The notes below the pieces were generated by a model. That model worked only from the letters and a program-made list of their open reading frames with translations, made no database searches and was not told the DNA's origin. A stretch of 64,000 nucleotides of DNA, from NCBI RefSeq assembly GCF_009914755.1, contig NC_060927.1. One strand, written 5' to 3'. Shown here piece after piece: positions 54,761 through 64,000 of this stretch. Every line of letters begins with the position of its first letter. The first letter of the stretch is position 1. The position numbers were made by a program, and so were the translations under genes. Source of the DNA: the human T2T-CHM13v2.0 reference genome, Homo sapiens.

Positions 54761-55971
54761 GTCTAAAGTGAGAGGAAGAGAGCACCTACAATGCTAGCAT
54801 GGAGTCTCCCATCAAGCAGAGAAGGATAAAGCTGCACAGGAGAAGCAGAAAGATGCAAGGGGTAGGTGAAAAACCAGAGTTCATCTGTAGAAGCCACAGG
54901 AAGCAAGTGATCCAAGAAGGGGGTGGTCAGTTGTGTCGAATGCTGAAAAGTTCCATAAAATAAAGACTGATAAATGTCTGTTGGATTTAGTGACATTGCA
55001 GGAATAATTTGTCTTATTTATTGCTTAATTCCTGGTGCATTTCAGGGCACATGATAAGCATTCAATATCTGTTGAAGGAAGAGACAAGTTGCTAGCTTTC
55101 CTCATTAGGTCCAGCAGGAGATTGTCTGCCTAATGGAACAGGCAATGAAGCCTGCAGATACTTTCTTAAATTGAGTTTTTGACTGAGGACTATGGAAGCT
55201 GTAGAGTCTTTGCAGGGATGAGGAATTCCAAGACTTTTGGAGGCTTTGCCCATGGTTGCTGGAGCTACTCATACTCAGAGCTGAATGCTGCCCAGTGGCT
55301 GACGACTTCCCCTGAAGATTCACCTGCATCTTTGCATCCTTTTCTAGGGACAGCTGCAGGTGGGCAATGGGTGGACCCATGTGTGCGAGGAATGCTCTAT
55401 TGTGGAGATCTGAATTATCACTTATCCAGCATCTTCCTGGGTGATCTTGAGCCATTTGTCCAATCCTCACACTTTACTGTAGCCCCCTGTGAAGTGGGGT
55501 CACTTCTGTTGCTTCTTGCTTCCCCGTGCTCCAGTGCTGTGTGGTGGAAGAATTGGGTCATATGTCGTTACCCCAAGTGAAATGATCATTATAATTTTTT
55601 GTCCTAGACATTTTTCCGTTATATATTTGAACCGTTTAAAACAGCACAGCATCCTAAGATGGTGATTGGGATGATGATGGCTGAACTTGGCAATGAGAAT
55701 ATGAAACTTGGGATTTGGTGAGGATTTAAAACTCAGTTCAAGCAGTTTCAGTCTGTGCTCCAGGGATCCCTAAGGGTATCTGAGATGCCTTGGGGGAACC
55801 AAGATGGGGATAAGAGAGGACAGGCAGGTGGGATTCAGGCCCATTGGGCCTGTGGGAGCATCTTCCTTGTATATTGGAGCATCTTTTTTATATACTGAGA
55901 TTCCCTACAATATAATGTGAAGAAAGAAAGAAATTTTGAAAATGACTGATTTAATCCAACTCTCTTATCCC

Positions 55972-56278
55972 TTTTTTTTTTTTTTTTTTTTTTTTTTTAG
56001 ACAGAGTCTCGCTCTTTCGCCCAGGCTGGACTGCAGTGGCGCTATATTGGCTCACTGCAAGCTCCGCCTCCCGGGTTCACGCCATTCTCCTGCCTCAGTC
56101 TCCTGAGTAGCTGGAACTACAGGCGCCCGCCACCACGCCTGGCTAATTTTTTATATTTTTAGTAGAGATGGGGTTTCACCGTGTTAGCCATGATAGTCTC
56201 GATCTCCTGACCTTGTGATCCGCCCGCCTCGGCCTCCCAAAGTGCTGGGATTACAGACATGAGCCACCGTGCCCGGCC
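55972..56278 (-). mobile_element. AluY (Yk-like) with ~27 nt pure tail and perfect 15 bp TSD
   Basis: 'ctctttcgcccaggctggactgcagtggcgctat'; TSD tccaactctcttatc at 55955-55969 and 56279-56293. Confidence 0.93.
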
Positions 56279-56397
56279 TCCAACTCTCTTATCTTACACA
56301 AAAGGTAACTTATGCCCAAAGAGGTAGAAAGCTGTGCTCAAGGTCATGGCAATAGTTGGTGGCAGAGCTGCAGACTAAAATCAGGTCATGTATATAG

Positions 56398-56730
<333 letters not shown>

Positions 56731-57366
56731 TAAATACTTACAAAGTCATGCATATTATCATTTATGTATGTATATAAAATACCATGCTTATACATGGGTC
56801 ATGCATTATTTCTTCTAATTATGTCCCCTTCTCCCCACTTTTCCACCAACCTCAAATGTTGAATTTGTTTGCCCTGAAAGGTGTTTGGGGAAGGGTGCTT
56901 TGGATTTTTACAATTTGGAAACTCTTTTTCACTTTTCTGGCATAAGAAGTACAAAGTAAATTGAATAGGCCTATGAAGATGTTGAGTGTTTTTCATATGC
57001 AGAGAATTGAACCCCAAAAGAAAATGGTCTAATGGGGTTAATAAAGGTCAGCATTCCTCAGGGAACTGGGAAATTAATCTAATGGCTCAAACCTCTGAGG
57101 GGTTAATGGAAACTGTAAAGCAACAGCTCTGCCTATTGCAACGACTATAAATAGCTCAAAGTCCTGAACCACCTCCCGAAGCTGTGATATCCTCCATATT
57201 AACTTCAGCAGCTTTATGCCAGGCTAGGCTACAACCTGAATTTATTCCAGCTGCATCCAGAAGACCCTTGCAATATTTTTCAGCCATGACCAAAAGAGTG
57301 GGAGATGGATGGAAGGCTGACTGGTTGTGAATTATGTGCCAAGTCCCCTCAGAGTGAATGGTAAGG

Positions 57367-57370
<4 letters not shown>

Positions 57371-57412
<42 letters not shown>

Positions 57413-57465
57413 AGAGAGAGACAGAGAGAGAGAGGGAGAGAGAGAGAGAGGGAGAGAGAGAGAGA
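57371..57465. repeat. Compound microsatellite (GT)19 followed by (AG)n
   Basis: Seen directly. Confidence 0.97.
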
Positions 57466-60400
57466 GGTATGGTGGAAGGAAATTTGTGTGTGGCATCTCA
57501 ATTTGATTAGAGCATGTAGACCTCCTGAGGCTTAGAATCTTTTTTTTTTTTAATCTTCATTTTTTTCCTTTGGTAATAGGATTTTGAATAACAGGACATG
57601 GTAGATTCATGTATGAGTCCTAGAGAATGTCTACTTCAACCTCTGCATTTTTCGTGCGAGGAGCCCCTGAGCCCAGAGAGGGAAGGTCACTGGCCTCATG
57701 CCTCCATCAACCAAGGACAGGGGCGCAGGTTTCCCCGTCGCCTTGATGGAGATGGCTGCGCTTCCCCTGTGTTCCTGAAGCTCCCTGTCCCACTCCATTA
57801 CATTTCCTGTCTCACCTGGGCGTTTGAATCTCCCGCTCACCTGTGACCTTCTAGATAGCAGGGACTGTTTTACTCAATTTTAAGGCCTACTGCTTGGCAG
57901 AGAGACATTGCAGGTGCTCAGAAAATTTTTGTTGATGGATTGAATAAATGAACGAATGAATGAGCTTTCTTAGGGGAAATCATCTAAGAGTCCAGTTTTC
58001 CTATAAGGAGGGACAGGAGGTTATGAGAAAAAGTTTCGAATAGAAGCCAAGGACTGCCCCCTCTTCTCTAAATGAAGAAATAATAATGCCTTTCATTTCT
58101 ATAAAATTGATGGTTATAAAAAATGTTAATTTACTCCTCCTGATAACTTCTGAGAAAGATTGGGGAGGTATTTGTTATTCCTACTTCATGGATGAGGAAG
58201 CAGAGGCCCTGGAAGGCTCAATACTTGGTCAGGGCCACACAACTGCTCAGAAGCCAGGACTCCAGTTCTCCAGTTCTCAGCCAGAGTCATCTTTCTTACT
58301 CTAGGGTAGGTGTTCTGCTGGATTGCCTTAGGAAAACCTCGCAGGAAATTTCCGAGTGAGAGAAACCATGGCCATGCATTTGGCAAAAGAAAACCAGAGT
58401 TAGCATCTGTTTAGTGCTTTTTAGACTCTTTGATGTGCCTTCTCATAAATCATCTCATTGGTCCCCACAGCAGCCCTGAGATGCTGCGGCTATCATCACT
58501 CACATCACGTAGACGAGGCAATGAGTGATTTGCTCCTATCATCCAGTTGATAAATGATAGCATTGGAGCTAGGCCCAGGTCTCCATTCACCTGAGCCTCA
58601 GCTCCAACTACTGAACCACAGATCATCACATAGAGAATGATGAGAGAGGTCTGGGAGCAGGTAGGAAGAGTCCATCACCTAAGGAAACTGGATCCTGTGT
58701 ATAAGAGGGTGGGCATTCCTGGACCAAAAGTTGGGCTGGAGATGGGGCTGCTGGGGAGACTTGGCTGCTGGGAGACTCTGATAGGCAGGTTTAGAGCCCA
58801 CAGGAAAGAGGGAAGTTGAGAAAGGAAAAATGCTGCAGAAGATCAGAAAGCAAGCAAAAATTAAGGGATAGGAAAGAAACCAGTGATTTTTATCAACAAG
58901 ACATGGAAGGGAAAGAATGATGTAAGCCAAACAAATGTAGAGAAACAGAACATATAGTTCTCCCTGTGAAACACTTTTAAGCTGCAAAGTGTAAAGAGAT
59001 GTTATTTTTGTATTTGTGACATTTTAGGCTTCCGCTACTTGCAATTTAAAATGAAAAAAAGAAAATCCCAAATCAACCTAACTTATTTCTTACCAAGTTA
59101 AGGAAAATGACAGAGGAAGGGCACAATGCTTAGCTGCTAATTGCCATTCTTTGACAACCCACGAAGACTATCCTCAGCTTATTTAAAATAAGCATGTTCT
59201 CAACTCTTTACTTTTCATCACTGACATCACTGTTGAGGAAAACGTGGTGAGAAAAGATGAAGAAAACACATTAGAAATCAGGAATCAGAGCAAGTTTAAG
59301 AAAATTATCATCATCATGAAGAGAAGGCCCTGGGACTGAAAGGGCAGCTCAGGGCACCCTTCAGAGGCAGGGGTGGGGTCACCTGGGGGGTTCCCTGGGC
59401 TTTGCAGCTCCTCTATTCCAAGTCCCTTTTCCCCAGAGGAGTGGTGGGGCTCTCTGCAGGGCTAAACCCTGCAATCTGGCTCTTCTCTTTGAGGTTCTGA
59501 TTGATTTTGGATTTAATTTTGTCTTGCAGGCTTTTCTGATATATCTCCAAGCAGGAAACAATATTATTTTTCTTTTCTTCTCTGTCAAAAGGGGGCAGGA
59601 CCTTATAATAATTTTTCTTTGTGAAAGAGGATGAATTGAGATATTTGCAGGGTAGGAACGAATAAAAAAAGATCATAAATAAAAGGATCTCAGTAGGGCC
59701 TAAGGAGTGAACCCCAAACTATAATGGGTAGCTACTACAATCAAATTAACAGCTCCTCTTCCCAACCAAAGATTTCAGCTGCCTCACCACTGCCCCGTCC
59801 CCAACTAAACACTATTCCTAAACCTTCAAGTGAATCAGTTCAAACCCAAACTGGAAACTATATGCTATCTAGTGCTATTGGATTTATCAAAACATAATTT
59901 TCAAAAAGTAAAGAACATTGTTCTCCTACAAACATAGAATGAAAATGTATCAAATTTTTATTTAACTAATTAATTAATAAGGGAATCAGCTGGATGTTAA
60001 AACTATTCCCAAGAGAGGGCAGTAACTTAGACATCTAATTCTTCTTGGGAGAGGACCCTCCTTGGCTCCACAAAGCTGCACGGTGTGGCCACAGTTTTTG
60101 TCTTGCTGTATCGACCCCCTAAGTAGAAGGCAGGTAGATCAAGATGGAATCTACACTTCCGCAGGGTGACCTCTGCACATAGATTTTCTGTTGTTAGACT
60201 TTAAAGGAGCATCCTCCTCCCCTCTTGGCTCTGTGTTGTCATGTACAGGATATAATAGACTCTTGCAAGGGGCGAATGAAACTGCTCTCTTTGGAAGCTG
60301 AGTTGAGTAAGATTGATTTTTAGATGGCAGCTCCTTCTCAGACAGGCTTAAAATAAAAACGGTCGAGATGAGTTTGTGAGTAGGAATTGGAAACCAGACT

Positions 60401-61929
60401 TCAGAGTACCTTGCAAAGACTGAACTCCTTTGTGTTAGATGCTCACTTGATTCATCCTAATACAGAGCCCAGCACACAGTAGGTGCTCAGAAAATGTTTG
60501 CTGGATGAATCTCAAGAATTTCCTTTAGGCAGCAAGGACCCACTTTCCAGGGGCGGGTAGGTTGAGGGCTGGAAGAGTGAGGAGGCTGTCATGTTCTGCT
60601 GAATGATCTTTATTGCTGAGAACAATTTCTTGCTTTCACCCCCATTTCATATTCCAGCTCTTATTTTTTTTAAAGGAGAATATGAATTTGAGAGTATTTC
60701 CTCTTTTCTCCCTCATTCTTCCTCTTTGAATGTGATGATATCACTATCATAATCTTCATGGTTGACATTTTTCAGTGACTCACCACCTTACTATTTTGGT
60801 GGTTGTACATTTCAACAGATAATTGTCTTTCCCTCTCTCCTGAGCATGACACCTACTCACATCTAGAGACTTCCAACACAACAAAGCCTCACCAAGTAGC
60901 AACTCACTGAACCTGGTAGTGAAAGTGAGAGGTACTTATGAATGAAAGACAGTAAGTGAAGTTGTGGATGAGAAGACAGGCCTGCTCCACCAGGCATGAA
61001 CTGTTAGTCCTAAAAGTCACCCCGAGGCTCAGCATTCCTTAGACTAGGACAAAAGGGAAATCTCTTGGGAAATGAAGACCACTATCCTTGAAACTAAGCA
61101 TGGCATAGGTGCTCTAAGTGGATTGAAGCCCTCAGGGTGCTTCATCGAGACACCCCTGAGGGAGAGGGGGAGCTTCTGAGAAGGAAACTCCGAGAGCATA
61201 GTGTTCTGGGGTTTGGTCATGTTTTTAATGGGTCAGAGGAGTTCCTCTGTCTCTGGGAAATGTCTCCATTTATGTTGTGGGTCTCCCCACAGGCAACATT
61301 CAAATTGGCTTGGTCAACTGAGACTCTGGCTAGAACTGACTTCCCCGCTGACCTGTCCTGCTTTAAGCCATCGTAAGTGACTTCTACTGCCCCTGACTCC
61401 CTTGGTAATAATATTCTCTGGGGTTTACATGGTAACGTTAAACATACCTGCTCATGGTATTTATTTAATGATGATTTTAAATTCTTATTGAGCTTGTAAC
61501 ACACTGAAATTTTGTGTATTACTTCTCTGTTTTGGCACCTTGACTGATGTACTAGCTTTATCATATCTGTAAAACTGCCCCATGTACATATTAAGAGGTT
61601 TTTGTCATTTTGTGAGGATAAGGGACTCTTCAATGAGTAGGGAATCACTAATTTATAAAACCAGAAGCTCAGCCTCCTAAACCATAAAGACTTTGTCTTA
61701 GAGAGACCATAAAATACTGATAGGTCACAAAAGGTTAAGTCCTTTTTTATTATTTAACTTTCCTGACATTTATGACTTGTCTTCCAGGTAAAACGGTGTG
61801 CATTTTGTAACAGGGACAATGCATTATTGTTCATTGAATTCATAGCACCCAGCACAGGGTTTTGCCTGTAGTTAATGCTCCGTAACTACTTGATATTATT
61901 TGAGGGTTTAGGTTCGATAATGAACCCAG

Positions 61930-62300
61930 GTTCACTCATTCATTCATTCATTCCACACAAATTCATTGAACATCTTACTATGTGATGGGCACTGTTCTGG
62001 GCACTCAGGATTCAATAGCCCCTGCCCTCATGGAGCTTTTATTCAAATAGGGGAGACAGACAATAAATAAGACAAAGAAGTAAAATATGCAGTATGGTAG
62101 GTAATGATAAATACCAGAAAGAAAAACATAAAGGAGGAAAGGTGCATGCAAAGTGTTGGTGGGTAGTCAGGAAAGGCCTCACTGAGAAGGAGATTTTTGG
62201 AAGTGAAAGAGTGAGTTATATGGATTTCTGTGGGAAGAGCTTTCAGAGCAGAAAACACAAGTGCAAAGACCCGGAGGGAGGGTGTGCCTGGCATGTTCAG
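61930..62300 (-). mobile_element. L2 3' end
   Basis: (TTCA)n terminus then 'attgaacatcttactatgtgatgggcactgttctggg'. Confidence 0.78.
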
Positions 62301-63020
62301 GAGTCCCTACTCTGGCCCACCAGGCCCTGGAGGATCTGGTCTTTGGCCTCTATGACCTCTTCTCCTCCCACTCCCTACATCTCTCTCTCCACACCACCCC
62401 ACTGACCTCCTACAGGTGACCTCCTACAGGTGGGAAAGAGTATACCACCTGGACCTCTTGTCTTCTCCTTTCACCAGAAGGCCTGCAAGGTGGACAGCAG
62501 GCCCTCCTGACCTAGCCCTTCGTTGCATGGGGCTTGAGCTTTCTCTTGCCCCTGAAGCCTCAGAATGGGGCCACTTCTGGAAGGACAAATGGCAGTGTCC
62601 TTCAGTGCAGTGTTTTTAGCAGAAAGTTGTCCATGGTGGAAAGGATGGAGGAAGCTGCCTTATAGTCAGTAGGAACATAGTTCAGGTTCAAAACAAGGAC
62701 AGCAGATATGGAGGAAAGGGAGGGGGAGGCTCAAGGTGTCTCAAAAGACCATCACTAGGAGACTACCCCACTGGCATCCTCTTGAAGTGAGATGAGACTG
62801 GCCTACCCTGAGATTACCTCAGCTGGATGTTCTGGCTCCAGTTCTTTCAAAAACTTGCCCCAGTCTTCCCATCTGTAACTCTGAAGTCATTAGTTCCAAG
62901 GCTTTCCTGGAGATGTGTTATAAAGTACTGCCAGCCCTGCAAAGGTTTGCTACCTTAAAAAAAATCATTTTCTATAGAATTGCTATTCAAATATAGAAAA
63001 ACAGAATGGCAGGAAGCCAA

Positions 63021-63159
<139 letters not shown>

Positions 63160-64000
63160 TTAATCAGAACAATGCTAATGTATTCTCCTCTCAGTGCTTC
63201 TAAAGCTTTAGATCATGGCTGCTTCTCAGGCTGATTATGGGTTCAAATAACAAAGGGATTTAGCAGGCAGACAACTCTTTCTAGCTATCAGATTGAGGAA
63301 GCTGGAACTAGGAATGAACTTTGTTAAAAAAGTTTATAATCTTTATTCCTTTATGTGGGAGTTTTAATACAGGTTAGTTTGGGCAAGATGACTTGAATAA
63401 AGAAAACAAGCTCTGTCCTCCCTGACTCCTCACACTGTCAGCTCCTTGGGGCCTCAGCCTGAGAACTGAGCAGGATTGCCTATCACCCACCACTGTCCTG
63501 GGCGACACCCACTCTTCATGGTGTCACCTCAGGGCCCAAAGCCCCCAGAGCTGGGACTTGACTACCCACTTCTCCTGCCCAGTGGGTAGAAGCAAGGAAG
63601 GTCTTGCAAAAATAAAAGCTGTGGCCATCAAGTAGAGGGGCGGGGGAGGAGGTGTGCGAGCAAGGCTGGAGGACAGCCGCCGCACCCCACCCCGCCATGG
63701 GTTATCAGTTGTTGCATTCCCTTGGAGAACAATTTACGACTGAGGAGGCAGGTCCCAGAGGCTTCAGCAGAAATCAAAAGGCAGCAGCAGTTATTACCTC
63801 GTCTGCTCCTCACATCTCTCCTCTCCATCTCCCAGCTTTTTTTAATATAAGGGTCTGCTGTTGTGGCCTCGAGAAGCCCCTGTCTATTCTCATACTCATC
63901 ATCTCTCGTAGAACAAAGTGACAGTCAAGGGCAGTGCAACGGGGGACTTGGTGGTTTCCTAACAGTGAATCATAGTAATAGTGAGCCACTCAGTGCCAGC

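Noticed and set aside
62403-62432. 14 bp tandem duplication tgacctcctacagg
   Set aside because: Ordinary slippage duplication with no further structure.

Overview
Human genomic DNA (AluJ/S/Y, L1, MIR, L2, MaLR/ERV LTRs, MER DNA transposons). Bases 1-~18.4 kb hold the 3' end of PDCD6IP (ALIX) on the + strand: the last six coding exons (residues ~548-868, C-terminal V domain plus the whole proline-rich domain; all junctions GT-AG and phase-consistent) and a ~3.2 kb AU-rich 3'UTR with several poly(A) signals. The remaining ~45 kb is gene-free, repeat-rich DNA; the other ORFs in the track are repeat or low-complexity artefacts. I see no new multi-gene system. The most interesting signals are retrotransposition fossils read from junctions and target-site duplications (TSDs): (1) a ~340 bp chimeric retrocopy where an ancient L1 5'UTR stops at its internal splice donor and joins a non-L1 polyadenylated segment; (2) an ERV (MER21-like) RNA 3' end apparently copied by L1 machinery; (3) a ~34 bp micro-insert with TSD; (4) a tail-less Alu head. 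Candidate PDCD6IP regulatory features: a stop-introducing cryptic acceptor, a possible PRD-truncating exon, APA with miR-9 sites, and an inverted AluY pair around exons 14-15. Repeat subfamily names, exon numbers and residue numbers come from recalled consensus/reference sequences and need RepeatMasker/Dfam or alignment to confirm.
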